Part shown: in pieces, positions 6,714 through 15,711 of the stretch
Layout: each line of letters opens with the position of its first letter
Numbering within the stretch: the first letter of the stretch is position 1
Origin: Acidobacteriota bacterium
Lineage (GTDB): Bacteria > Acidobacteriota > Thermoanaerobaculia > Multivoradales > UBA5704
Length of the DNA: 39,728 nt
NCBI GenBank assembly: GCA_040005235.1
Contig: JBDTZG010000049.1
Coordinates: 1 to 39,728 of the forward strand
Reading direction: 5' to 3'
The notes under the pieces: generated by a model
Told to the model about the DNA's origin: nothing
Databases searched by the model: none
Seen by the model: only the letters and a program-made list of their open reading frames with translations
Position numbers and translations under genes: made by a program

Positions 6714-8584
6714 ACGCCCCGGGGCCGCGCTCGAATTTTCGGCGGTCGGCCGCTGCGCTCGTGGTACTGCTCGCGCTCCAGATTCCGGCGCCGCTCGCCT
6801 CCGCCGGTTCGTCGCCGGGCGGCGAGCGGCCGAAGATCGTGATCAACGGCAAGCCCGTTTCGGTCTCGGCGGGCGCACCGGCCTCCAGGTTGCTTCGCGT
6901 GCCGCTCGACGATGGGGCGTTCGTCCGCCTCGGCGAAGACCAGAACGTGGTGATCGAGGCGACGCCGAAATCGGGCGAAGGCATTCTCGGGTTCGCCCGC
7001 CGGCTGTCCGGCGATCCCCTCACCGCGGAAAAGATCACCGACAGCAACGGCGGGCGGCGCGATTTACTCTCGGGCACGCTCTATCGCGTGTCGCTCGACC
7101 TGCTGACCCCCAAGATGCGCCTGCGGGCGTTGCGCGCGCTTTTTCCCGAAGACCGGTTCGAGCCGGACAGCTGGCAGCACAAGGTTCGCGGCGTCGGTCC
7201 GTTCGGTCGCGAAAGCCTTTGGCACATCGCGACCTGGTTCACCGGCAACGGCGAGAATTTCCGCGCCATCCGCGAGCTGAACGAGCTGCCCGACGACGAG
7301 CTCGGCCGGGGAACGACGGTCGCGATCCCCGCGGAGCTGCTGGTGCCCGAGCTCCGTTCGGCCCTACCCAAGGGGGACGGCGGTTTCCGGCTCGACTACG
7401 GCAAGGACGCTTACGGCGATTTCGCGATCTACCGCCTGCGCCCGCGCGAGGCGCTCTATTCGGGCGTCGTCGTCCGCTTCACCGGGCGCATCCACGCCCA
7501 GGACGTGAACGCTCTCGCGGCGGAATTGGCGAAGCGGAACGGCATTCCCGACGTCACCGACATCCCCGTCGGCTACCGGGTGAAGATCCCGCTCGACTTG
7601 CTGCAGCCGGAATTCCTGCCGCCGGGCGACCCGCGCCGCGTGGCCTACGAAACCGAGGTCGCCGAGAGCGAGAAGTTCACCAACCCGATCCTCGCCCAAG
7701 GGCTCGAAGGAATTACCGTGATCCTCGATCCGGGCCACGGCGGCAAAGACGCGGGCGCCTCGATGGGAGGCGTCTGGGAGAGCCTCTACGTCTACGACAT
7801 CGTGATGCGCACCAAGCGCAGGCTGGAGACCCGGACGGCCGCGCACGTCTTGGTCACCACCCGCGACGGCGCCGATTTCAAAATCCACGACTCCGACGTC
7901 CTTCCCTTTTCGCGCGGCCACGCGGTCTTGACCACGCCGCCCTATCCGATCGTCGACCCAGCCTTCGGCGTCAACCTCCGCTGGTACCTGGTCAACAGCA
8001 TTTTCCGCCAGATCACCCAAAGGGTGACGAAAACCAAGAGCGGCTCCGGCGGGTCGAAAGCCAACGACGAGGACAAGGTCGTCTTCCTCTCCGTTCACGC
8101 CGATTCGCTCCACCCCTCGCTCCGCGGTGCCATGGCCTACATCCCTGCGGCCTCCCTGGGGGCAGACACCTACGGCAAATCGGGATCGGCCTACGCCGCG
8201 TTTCGCGAGGTCCAGGAAAACCCCTTCGTCAGCCTGCCGCGCGACCGGCGCACCATGTCCGAAGGCCTGTCGCGACAACTCGCCGAAAAGGTCATCGGCG
8301 CCATCGCCGCCAAAAACCTGCCGGTCCACCCGTTCAAACCCGTGCGCGAAAAAGTCATCCGCGACCAGCGCGAATGGGTCCCGGCCGTCCTGCGCTACAA
8401 CGCAGTCCCCGCCAAGCTCCTGCTCGAAGTCTGCAATCTCGGCAACGACCTCGACCGCAGCCTGATCCAAACCCGCGCCTACCGCGAAGACATCGCCACC
8501 GCGATCGTCCAAGGGCTGCTCGACTATTACGGCAAGAATTCGGCGGGCGGGGGTAGCGTGCAGGTGGCGAAGAGCGCAAAGTAG
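6710..8584 (+). CDS. Secreted N-acetylmuramoyl-L-alanine amidase (Amidase_3) with LysM-like N-terminal modules
   Basis: Signal peptide; LysM-like segments (ESLWHIATWFTG..AIRELNEL..GTTVAIP; LAKRNGIPDVTDIPVGYRVKIP); catalytic ILDPGHGGKD, ESLYV, LSVHADS, LLEVCNL. Confidence 0.85.
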   Translation: MNAPGPRSNFRRSAAALVVLLALQIPAPLASAGSSPGGERPKIVINGKPVSVSAGAPASRLLRVPLDDGAFVRLGEDQNVVIEATPKSGEGILGFARRLSGDPLTAEKITDSNGGRRDLLSGTLYRVSLDLLTPKMRLRALRALFPEDRFEPDSWQHKVRGVGPFGRESLWHIATWFTGNGENFRAIRELNELPDDELGRGTTVAIPAELLVPELRSALPKGDGGFRLDYGKDAYGDFAIYRLRPREALYSGVVVRFTGRIHAQDVNALAAELAKRNGIPDVTDIPVGYRVKIPLDLLQPEFLPPGDPRRVAYETEVAESEKFTNPILAQGLEGITVILDPGHGGKDAGASMGGVWESLYVYDIVMRTKRRLETRTAAHVLVTTRDGADFKIHDSDVLPFSRGHAVLTTPPYPIVDPAFGVNLRWYLVNSIFRQITQRVTKTKSGSGGSKANDEDKVVFLSVHADSLHPSLRGAMAYIPAASLGADTYGKSGSAYAAFREVQENPFVSLPRDRRTMSEGLSRQLAEKVIGAIAAKNLPVHPFKPVREKVIRDQREWVPAVLRYNAVPAKLLLEVCNLGNDLDRSLIQTRAYREDIATAIVQGLLDYYGKNSAGGGSVQVAKSAK

Positions 8585-8607
8585 CGGGAGAGGGGCGGGC
8601 GATTTAA

Positions 8608-8728
8608 GTAGGGGCCGCCTGCTAAGGGCCGAAGGCCCGGCCGATGATTGCTCAGGGCAACGCCCTGGGTGCGAATCCTCCCCTGTAACAAGCTCCCCTG
8701 TAACAAGCGGGCTCAAAAGAGCGCCTGA
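8608..8728. repeat. REP-like palindrome cluster containing a tandem 15-bp direct repeat
   Basis: Palindromes gggccgaaggccc, cagggcaacgccctg and gctcaaaagagc; ctcccctgtaacaag twice at 8678-8707. Confidence 0.55.
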
Positions 8729-8809
8729 ACCTGTGGAAGATGCGGTGAGGCGGGCGGAAGTACCCCGCCCGAAAACCGGTCAGCAATGGCCACCACAGGA
8801 GACTCGACC

Positions 8810-9019
8810 ATGAGTGAATACCAGCTGAAAAAGGCGCACCCCGGCGTGCGCTCGATGACCCTTGCCGTCAGCACCAGCACCAAATTCGAAGACCTGGTCA
8901 AAATCCTCGAGCGGACGCTGACCGTACCGGAGCTGCCCGGTGTCCGCGGCTGCGCCCCCTGTCTTTCGGGCCTGGACAAGATCTTGATCCAGGACGAAAC
9001 CCTCTCGACGATTCGCTGA
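8810..9019 (+). CDS. Putative RiPP precursor / substrate (69 aa, GCAPCLSG motif) of the adjacent MNIO enzyme
   Basis: AGGAG RBS 8 nt before ATG 8810; short ORF with a single CxxC, directly upstream of the DUF692 gene. Confidence 0.75.
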   Translation: MSEYQLKKAHPGVRSMTLAVSTSTKFEDLVKILERTLTVPELPGVRGCAPCLSGLDKILIQDETLSTIR

Positions 9020-9076
9020 TTCTCCCTCCGCCCGCTCACCGCCCCCTTCCGCGTGGGACCGAGAGGAGAAGCCGCG

Positions 9077-10000
9077 ATGTTCAACGATTCGAACGCCATT
9101 GCGAAGCTGGGAGTCGGACTGGCCTATCAACCCGCTCTGCGTCCGTTTCTCGAATCCCGAGGCGACGCGTTCGACTATCTCGAAGTGGTACCCGACATCC
9201 TCTGGACCGATCTCGGCGCCGGCAAGAGTCCCCGTTACCTCGACGACTCCGCCGGCATCGATTTTCTGCGCCGCGTGGCCGCCGGGCGGCCGGTCGTACC
9301 GCATGGCATCGGCCTGTCGATCGGCACGGCGCATCGATTCAACCGCGGCCAGCTCGACCAGATCGAAAAGTGGCACGGCTGGTTCCAATTTCCCTGGCAC
9401 AGCGATCACCTGGCCTGGAACCTCGCCGAGCATGGAGTCGACGAGCTGAACGTCGGCGTGACCCTGCCCCTGCCCCGCGATCAGGAGACGCTCGATGCCC
9501 TGGCGCCCCGGGTGGCCGAGGTGCAGCGCCGGCTACCGGTGCCGTTCCTGCTCGAAAACAACGTCTACTTCTTCTCGATGCCGGGCGAGACGATGAGCGA
9601 CGCCGAGTTCTTGAACGCCCTGTGCGAACAGACCGGCTGCGGGCTCCTGCTCGACCTGCACAACGTCTACTGCAACGCCAGGAACCACCAAACCGATCCC
9701 TATCGCCTGCTGGGAGAGCTGGATCTTTCAAACGTGGTCGAGATCCACGTCGCGGGCGGCATGGAGCACGAAGGCTGGTATTTGGATGCCCACTGCGGCC
9801 CGCTGCCCGAGCCGGTCTGGCAGCTGCTGCGCTACTGCCTGCCGCGCTGCCCTAACCTCGGAGGCGTCACGTTCGAAATGCTCGGCTCCTGGTTCGTCGA
9901 GATGGGGAGCGAGCGCTTGGCTCAGGAGCTCACCGCCCTGCGTGAAGCCTGGCATCGCTGGCAGCCGGTGCCGAGGCACCTGGCCGAGGTGGCGGCATGA
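9077..10000 (+). CDS. DUF692 / multinuclear non-heme iron oxidative enzyme (MbnB/TglH/ChrH family)
   Basis: AGGAG RBS before ATG 9077; family motifs GVGL, YLEVVPD, PHGIGLSIG, SDHL, LLEN, LLLDLHNVYCN, EIHVAGG, LDAH, VTFE. Confidence 0.93.
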   Translation: MFNDSNAIAKLGVGLAYQPALRPFLESRGDAFDYLEVVPDILWTDLGAGKSPRYLDDSAGIDFLRRVAAGRPVVPHGIGLSIGTAHRFNRGQLDQIEKWHGWFQFPWHSDHLAWNLAEHGVDELNVGVTLPLPRDQETLDALAPRVAEVQRRLPVPFLLENNVYFFSMPGETMSDAEFLNALCEQTGCGLLLDLHNVYCNARNHQTDPYRLLGELDLSNVVEIHVAGGMEHEGWYLDAHCGPLPEPVWQLLRYCLPRCPNLGGVTFEMLGSWFVEMGSERLAQELTALREAWHRWQPVPRHLAEVAA

Positions 10001-10602
10001 GCGCCCCGGTCTTTCAGGCGCTCTTCGCCCGCCTGGTGATCGATCCCGACTTTCGCGACGACGTGCGGGAGCGGGGAGCGGCGGCGCTTCGGGAAGATCT
10101 GACCGACCTCGAACGGGAGCGGCTGCTGTTCGTCGCCGCCGATCCCGGAATGGACGTCACCCGCACGCTCCACAAGGGATTCCGGCTCAGTAAGCTGATG
10201 GGCCAGCTGCCCCTCACCTGCGCCGCGCTCGGCAAAGAGGCGCTCGCGCGCGAAGTCGCCGAGTTCTGGCGCCGGAACCCGCCGGTGAGCTTCTACTACC
10301 TCGCCGAGGCCGTCTCCTTCTGCGACTTTCTCGCCGCCCGGTTGGAGGAGGGGATGGAACCTGCCACCCCCTACCTCGCCGAAGTCGCAGCCTGGGAACG
10401 CGCCGGCCTGGAGCTGCAACGCCCGCGACCGGAGGGCGAATCGCCGCCGCTTCAGGTGGTCGAGTTCATCCACGACCCTCTGCCGCTGCTCGCCGCCCTC
10501 GGCCGCGGCGAGCCGGTCGATCCGACCGAGCGACCCTGCCTGATGATCGGCGGCTACGACGGCGGCAAGGTCGAGTGGCGGCTGGCAGACGCCCCGGTCT
10601 AA
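9997..10602 (+). CDS. MNIO partner protein (DUF2063/HvfC-like, predicted precursor-recognition subunit)
   Basis: ATGA-coupled to the MNIO gene. FQALFARLV..LPLTCAALG..FWRRNPP..EAVSFCDFL..PYLAEVAAWERA matches the usual pattern of DUF692-adjacent partners. Confidence 0.75.
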   Translation: MSAPVFQALFARLVIDPDFRDDVRERGAAALREDLTDLERERLLFVAADPGMDVTRTLHKGFRLSKLMGQLPLTCAALGKEALAREVAEFWRRNPPVSFYYLAEAVSFCDFLAARLEEGMEPATPYLAEVAAWERAGLELQRPRPEGESPPLQVVEFIHDPLPLLAALGRGEPVDPTERPCLMIGGYDGGKVEWRLADAPV

Positions 10603-10641
10603 GCGGAGGAGACTCCGGTCTAGGCGGAGGCTCCGGTCTAG
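10585..10641 (+). repeat. Three in-frame tandem copies of the partner gene's last codons plus stop
   Basis: GCA GAC GCC CCG GTC TAA / GCG GAG GAG ACT CCG GTC TAG / GCG GAG GCT CCG GTC TAG. Confidence 0.8.
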
Positions 10642-10776
10642 GGGCGTAGCCGCACTCCCCATCGCTCTTAGGTGGACCCCGCTCGCGCGGAAACTCGCGT
10701 GTGTCTTCTAGAAGGAGCCGGTCGGGCGGGTGATTGCCTCGATCCTTAGGGCTTCCTTCCGGGAGAACCGGTTCGC

Positions 10777-13161
10777 ATGCGTACGTTTTCGCTTCCTGCT
10801 CGGCTCGTCGTCGTCGTCCTTCTGTTCACCGGCTCCCTTCAAGCTTCCGCCGCCTCACCGGTCCACGTTCTCTTCCGCGAGGTTTCAATCGCGCGCTTCT
10901 CCGCCGAGCGACCGCGGGACCTCTTTCCCGCAGCCTTCCGCGCGCTGGCGCTGGAACCGGACGCGCTCCAATCCGCTCTCCGTGACGTGCCGTCCGAGGC
11001 CGACTTTTTAACCGGAACCTCTGCACCCACCTGGGTGCTGCCGAATCCAGAGGGAACGGCCTCGCGGTTCGCCGTGGTCGAGGCCCCGATTCTTGACGAA
11101 GCGCTCGCCCGGAAGTTTCCGGAGATTCGCACCTTCCGCGGTCAGGGGCTTTCCGATCCGGCGGAAACCTTGATCCTGGACGTCTCGCCGGCCGGCCTTC
11201 ACGCGATGGTCCTTTCTCCGCGCGGCACGATCCTCGTCGATCCGGTGGCCAACGGCGACGACGTCCATCACATTGTCTATTTCAAGAAGGACGCGGCCAA
11301 GATCGACGGTCCCTTCTCCTGTCACGATCAGGAGCTTCCCGACGTTGCCGACGTGAGCGCCTTCTCGGAGTCTCGTCCGGGCGGCGAACTCCCTCGGCTT
11401 CGGGTCGGCGGCAACCTCCGCACCTACCGGACGGCGATCGGAGTCACCGGCGAGTATTCCGCGGCGGTCTGCGCGCCCGCGGCCGCTGCCGTGCCTTGCG
11501 CGCTCTCCGCCGTGGTGACCGTGCTGAATCGGGTCGACGGCATTCTCGAGCGCGACGCCTCGGTGCGGATGGTCCTTGTCGCGAACGAGAACCTCGTGAT
11601 CTATACCGATCCTGCGACCGACTCTTATACCAACGCCAGCCTGAATACGATGCTCGTCGAGAACCAGTCCAAACTCGATACGGTGATCGGCACGAGCAAC
11701 TACGATTTCGGGCATGTCTTCGGGACCGCGGGAGGGGGCACCGCATACATCGGGGTGGCGTGCAACCCGACCTACAAGGCCCAAGGCGCCACCAGCTTGG
11801 TCCATCCGCTGGGAGATCCCTTCAGCGTCGATTACGTCGCGCATGAGATGGGGCATCAGTGGGGAGCGCGCCATTCGTTCAACGGCACGACGGACGGCTG
11901 CGTGTTCCGCGACGCCTCCTACGCCTACGAGCCGGGCAGCGGCTCGACGCTGTTGTCCTACGCCGGGCTCTGCGGAGCGGAGATGCTCCAGCTTCACCAT
12001 GACGACTACTATCACGCGACCAGCCTGGATCAGATTTTCCTGTTCGTGAGCGCCGGTGGGTCCATGTGCGGCACCGCCACCCCGAACGGCAACGTGCCGC
12101 CGGTGGTGACCGCGCCCGTCTCGTACATCATCCCGATCAAAACGCCGTTCGCCCTGACCGGAAGTGCCACCGACGCTAACGGCGACGTGATGTCTTACGC
12201 CTGGGAGGAGACCGATCTCGGCTCGCCGGGTCCTCCCAACGACGACGTCGCCGCGGAGCGGCCGATCCTGCGCAGCTTTCCTCCAGCGACCGTTCCCACG
12301 AGGACGTTTCCCAAGCTCTCCGATCTCCTGGGCAATGTCGCCACGCTCGGCGAATCGCTGCCCACCCGCACGCGAAACATGTTCTTTCGCCTGACCGTTC
12401 GCGACAATCGGATCGGCGGCGGCGAGGTGACCTTCGGCAACACGAAGGTGACGGTCCAGGCCAGCTTCGGGCCGTTCGCCGTCACGAGTCCGAACACCGC
12501 CGTCATCTGGCCCGCTCTCTCGTCGCAGACCATCACCTGGAACGTCACCGGCACCAACGTCGCGCCGGTCAATTGCTCCAACGTGGCGGTCACCTTGTCG
12601 ACCAACGGCGGCAATACTTTCCCCCTGACGCTCTTGGCTTCCACTCCGAACGACGGCTCCCAAGCGGTCACCCTGCCGAACCTGGCGACAACGAAAGCCC
12701 GGATCAAGGTCGAATGCGTGGGAAACATCTTTTTCGACGTTTCCAACGCGAACTTTTCGATCACCGGCGGGCCTGTGGCGGGCACGAACTTTTACACCCT
12801 CGTTCCTTGCCGCTTGTTCGACACCCGCGACCTCGCGTCGCCGACCGCGGGCGCGCCGCTTACGCCCAACACCCTCACCACCTTCAAGGTCGGGGGCAAG
12901 TGCGGCCTGCCGCTTCTGGCGACCGCCATGTCGGCGAACGTCTCGGTGACGCTGCCGACAGCCGGCGGCGCATTCAAGTTGTTCGCTGGCGATCTCGTCG
13001 CGGTGCCGACCGCCACGACCCTTTCCTATTCCACCGGCCAGACCCGCGGGAACAACGCGATCGTTTCTCTTTCGCTAGACGGTGCGGGGAACATCAAGAT
13101 CAAGAACGAGTCGGCCGGCAGCGCGCACATCATTGTCGACGTCAACGGCTACTTTCAGTAG
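10777..13161 (+). CDS. Secreted reprolysin-like (M12B) zinc metalloprotease with C-terminal beta-rich domains
   Basis: Signal peptide, prodomain, LRTYRTAI, YDFGHVF, HEMGHQWGARHSFN (HExxHxxGxxH), EPGSGSTLLSYAG; C-terminal FYTLVPCRLFDTR...IIVDVNGYFQ domain. Confidence 0.9.
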   Translation: MRTFSLPARLVVVVLLFTGSLQASAASPVHVLFREVSIARFSAERPRDLFPAAFRALALEPDALQSALRDVPSEADFLTGTSAPTWVLPNPEGTASRFAVVEAPILDEALARKFPEIRTFRGQGLSDPAETLILDVSPAGLHAMVLSPRGTILVDPVANGDDVHHIVYFKKDAAKIDGPFSCHDQELPDVADVSAFSESRPGGELPRLRVGGNLRTYRTAIGVTGEYSAAVCAPAAAAVPCALSAVVTVLNRVDGILERDASVRMVLVANENLVIYTDPATDSYTNASLNTMLVENQSKLDTVIGTSNYDFGHVFGTAGGGTAYIGVACNPTYKAQGATSLVHPLGDPFSVDYVAHEMGHQWGARHSFNGTTDGCVFRDASYAYEPGSGSTLLSYAGLCGAEMLQLHHDDYYHATSLDQIFLFVSAGGSMCGTATPNGNVPPVVTAPVSYIIPIKTPFALTGSATDANGDVMSYAWEETDLGSPGPPNDDVAAERPILRSFPPATVPTRTFPKLSDLLGNVATLGESLPTRTRNMFFRLTVRDNRIGGGEVTFGNTKVTVQASFGPFAVTSPNTAVIWPALSSQTITWNVTGTNVAPVNCSNVAVTLSTNGGNTFPLTLLASTPNDGSQAVTLPNLATTKARIKVECVGNIFFDVSNANFSITGGPVAGTNFYTLVPCRLFDTRDLASPTAGAPLTPNTLTTFKVGGKCGLPLLATAMSANVSVTLPTAGGAFKLFAGDLVAVPTATTLSYSTGQTRGNNAIVSLSLDGAGNIKIKNESAGSAHIIVDVNGYFQ

Positions 13162-13286
13162 GGGAAATGCCTTAGAGTGCGCCGAAGCAGTCCTTTCGGC
13201 GTGAAAAGCGGCACAGGAGGCGGGAGCCGGAAGTGCGTCAGAGGATTGACCTTGACGGCCCCGGCTAAAGTGCCAGCCTATTTAAC

Positions 13287-13469
13287 CTAACAACCACAAG
13301 TATGGGATGCGGGCTCTCGGGGGCAAAACAGCGGGTCGCTGAAACTGCACACTGGGCCGCACGACCCTGTGCAGGCCGCCCCCAGTGTTGCAACCCCTAC
13401 TGTTGCGGACAGACTCCCATTCCTTATCGTCTCCTTCGCCAACGCAAGCTTCTTGACCCGCTTCTTCAT
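13287..13469 (-). CDS. 60-aa Cys/Ser/Thr-rich peptide, lanthipeptide-precursor-like
   Basis: GAGG RBS; MKKRVKKLALAKETIRNGSLSATVGVATLGAACTGSCGPVCSFSDPLFCPREPASHTCGC, i.e. a KKLxLxKET leader and a core with 6 Cys. Confidence 0.75.
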   Translation of the reverse strand: MKKRVKKLALAKETIRNGSLSATVGVATLGAACTGSCGPVCSFSDPLFCPREPASHTCGC

Positions 13470-13581
13470 GGGTGGCCTCTCTGGTATTGCCAGGGCCCAC
13501 CCCCGGCCTGGGCATTCTAGCGCACGGCCAAGGGCCAGGTTCTCCCGGCCCCGTTGGGCCGGACGACCTTGAGAATCCAGA

Positions 13582-13610
13582 TTGACAGACCCCCCTCGTT
13601 CCCGTAGCCT
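13582..13610 (+). promoter_or_regulatory. Putative sigma70 promoter of the yceD-rpmF-plsX-fab cluster
   Basis: TTGACA-17 bp-TAGCCT, ending 43 nt before the yceD ATG. Confidence 0.6.
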
Positions 13611-13653
13611 TAGTGGTCGCGCCGCGCGCTGCTGAGGACACCAAGGGGCCCCA

Positions 13654-14196
13654 ATGCAGATTTGGCTGGAACAGGTTCGCGAGGAGCCCCTCGCGTGGAA
13701 AGAATCGGTGGTCGTGGCGCTTTCGGATTTCGACAGCCCCGATCTGGTCGCTTTGAGCCCGGTGGATTGCTCGGGGCGGATGGTGTTTGCCGAGCCGGGG
13801 TTCTTGCTCACCGCGGAGTTGTCGTACGAGCAGACTCTCGCCTGCACGCGCTGCTTGACGCAGTTCGTGGAGAAGCTGGAGCCGACGATCGAGCTTCTGG
13901 TGCTTCAGGGCAAGGAGCTGGTCGAGGACGAGGAGCAGGAGCTGGGGGCGCGGGATCTCGGGGTCTGGCAGGTCGAGGGGGACAAGTTCCGCACGGAGCC
14001 GGTCATCGTCGAGCAGGTCCAGTTGAACATCCCGATGAAACCGCTCTGCCGCGAGGACTGCCGGGGGTTGTGCCCGACGTGCGGCGCGGATCTGAATGCG
14101 GGCGACTGCGCTTGCGACAAGGAGGTCGTCGACCCTCGCTGGTCCGGCCTTGCGGCGCTTCGCGCGCAGCTTGGCAAGGCGGAAGACGGGTCGTAG
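13654..14196 (+). CDS. yceD: YceD/DUF177 family protein
   Basis: CTRCL, PMKPLCREDCRGLCPTCGADLN..C.C..DPRW; conserved position before rpmF. Confidence 0.92.
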   Translation: MQIWLEQVREEPLAWKESVVVALSDFDSPDLVALSPVDCSGRMVFAEPGFLLTAELSYEQTLACTRCLTQFVEKLEPTIELLVLQGKELVEDEEQELGARDLGVWQVEGDKFRTEPVIVEQVQLNIPMKPLCREDCRGLCPTCGADLNAGDCACDKEVVDPRWSGLAALRAQLGKAEDGS

Positions 14197-14326
14197 TCGC
14201 GTTAAACGAGAAAGCCGTGTAGATTCCGGGGTTCCAGCCGAGGTTTGCGGCCGGACGCCCCGAAACTGAAAGATACAGAAAGACGCCGGAAGACGGAGAT
14301 TCTTCCGAGACTCTTGAGGTTCGACG

Positions 14327-14512
14327 ATGCCTAATCCCAAGCGCCGCCATTCCAAAGCCCGCCGTGACCGTCGCCGGGCGCACGACGCCCTGCCCCGGCC
14401 TGCCACTTCGAACTGCCCGAACTGCGGCGAGTCGAAGCTGCCGCACCGCGCCTGCGGCAGCTGTGGCTTCTACCACGACCGCCAAGTGATCGAAGTCGCC
14501 GAAAAGGCGTAG
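14327..14512 (+). CDS. rpmF: 50S ribosomal protein L32 (zinc-binding form)
   Basis: MPNPKRRHSKARRDRRRAH..CPNCG..PHRACGSCGFY. Confidence 0.97.
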   Translation: MPNPKRRHSKARRDRRRAHDALPRPATSNCPNCGESKLPHRACGSCGFYHDRQVIEVAEKA

Positions 14513-14655
14513 GGCCATCTCGCCCTTCAGAGCGCCCTCGGGCGAGCCGCACCGCCGGTTCGCTCTGCCGGCCCGAGGTGTATCCGGGCTCGTAGTTTCC
14601 GGCCTGTCATTTCCGGGCTAGAATCGGCGCCGTTCCAAAGGGCCACAATCTGAAC

Positions 14656-15711
14656 ATGATGCGCATCGCCGTCGACGCCATGGGTGGGGATTTCGCGCCG
14701 CGTGCGGTGGTCGAAGGCGCTTTCCTTGCAGCGGTCGAGGACGGGATCTCGATTCTGCTGGTCGGCGATCGCGAACGAGTGGCGGCCGAGATCGCGCGCT
14801 TGGGCGATCCGCGCGGGCGGATCGAAGTGATCCACGCCGAGGAGATCGTCGGCATGGACGATCCCGCGACCGCCCCATTGCGCAAGAAACGCCGTTCCTC
14901 CATCCGTCTGTGTGCCGAGCTAGTCCACGAAGGCCGCGCCCAGGCGATGGTGACCGCCGGTCATACGGGAGCTGCGATGATCGCGGCCAAAGTGGTGATC
15001 GGCACCTCCGCCGGGGTCGATCGGCCCGCGCTCGCCGCCGTTGTGCCGAGCGCCCACGGCCGGACCGTCCTGCTGGACGTCGGTGCCAACGTAGACAGCA
15101 AACCGAACCACCTCCGCGAATTCGCCGTCATGGGGCATTTCTATGCCCAAGAGGTGATCGGCACCGAGTCTCCTCGGATCGGCCTGCTGTCGATCGGCGA
15201 AGAGGAGAACAAGGGGAGCGAGCTGACCCGCGAGGTGTTCAAGGTGCTCAAGCGCACCGGCCTCCGCTTCGTCGGCAACGTCGAGGGGGGAGACGTCTTC
15301 CAGGGCACCGTCGACGTGGTGGTGTGCGACGGCTTCGTCGGCAACGTCCTCTTGAAGAGCGCCGAGGCGCTCGCCGAGCTGCTCGGCCGGATGCTCGGCG
15401 AAGAGATCGGCAAGAGCCGCCGCACCCAGCTCGGTTACGCCATCTTGAAGCCCGCGATCGACCGCTTCCGCATCCGCACCGACTACACCGAATACGGCGC
15501 GGCGCCGTTGCTCGGCGTCGAAGGGGGCTGCTTCATCGGCCACGGCCGTTCGACGCCGCGGGCGATCCGCAACGCCATTCGCCGCGCGGTCGAGTTTTCC
15601 GAGGGGCGCGTGCACGAAAAGATCCGCGACAAGCTGGCCGAGTTGCACCGGCAGGAGGCGAGCCTGGTCGCCGCCGGGGCCGTGCATCCCGAGGAGATCT
15701 CCGCCCGATGA
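14656..15711 (+). CDS. plsX: Phosphate acyltransferase PlsX
   Basis: IAVDAMGGDFAP, GVDRPAL, LLDVGAN, IGEEENKG, VCDGFVGNV, GAAPLLG, HGRS. Confidence 0.96.
   Translation: MMRIAVDAMGGDFAPRAVVEGAFLAAVEDGISILLVGDRERVAAEIARLGDPRGRIEVIHAEEIVGMDDPATAPLRKKRRSSIRLCAELVHEGRAQAMVTAGHTGAAMIAAKVVIGTSAGVDRPALAAVVPSAHGRTVLLDVGANVDSKPNHLREFAVMGHFYAQEVIGTESPRIGLLSIGEEENKGSELTREVFKVLKRTGLRFVGNVEGGDVFQGTVDVVVCDGFVGNVLLKSAEALAELLGRMLGEEIGKSRRTQLGYAILKPAIDRFRIRTDYTEYGAAPLLGVEGGCFIGHGRSTPRAIRNAIRRAVEFSEGRVHEKIRDKLAELHRQEASLVAAGAVHPEEISAR

Noticed and set aside
10777-13161. Reprolysin as the dedicated maturation protease of the MNIO RiPP
   Set aside because: It is secreted and separated from the operon by about 170 nt with repeats, while the precursor has no signal peptide; adjacency alone is insufficient.
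13246-13271. TTGACC/TTGACG...TAAAGT promoter-like sequence
   Set aside because: Spacing is 14 bp or less, and no sense gene follows directly.
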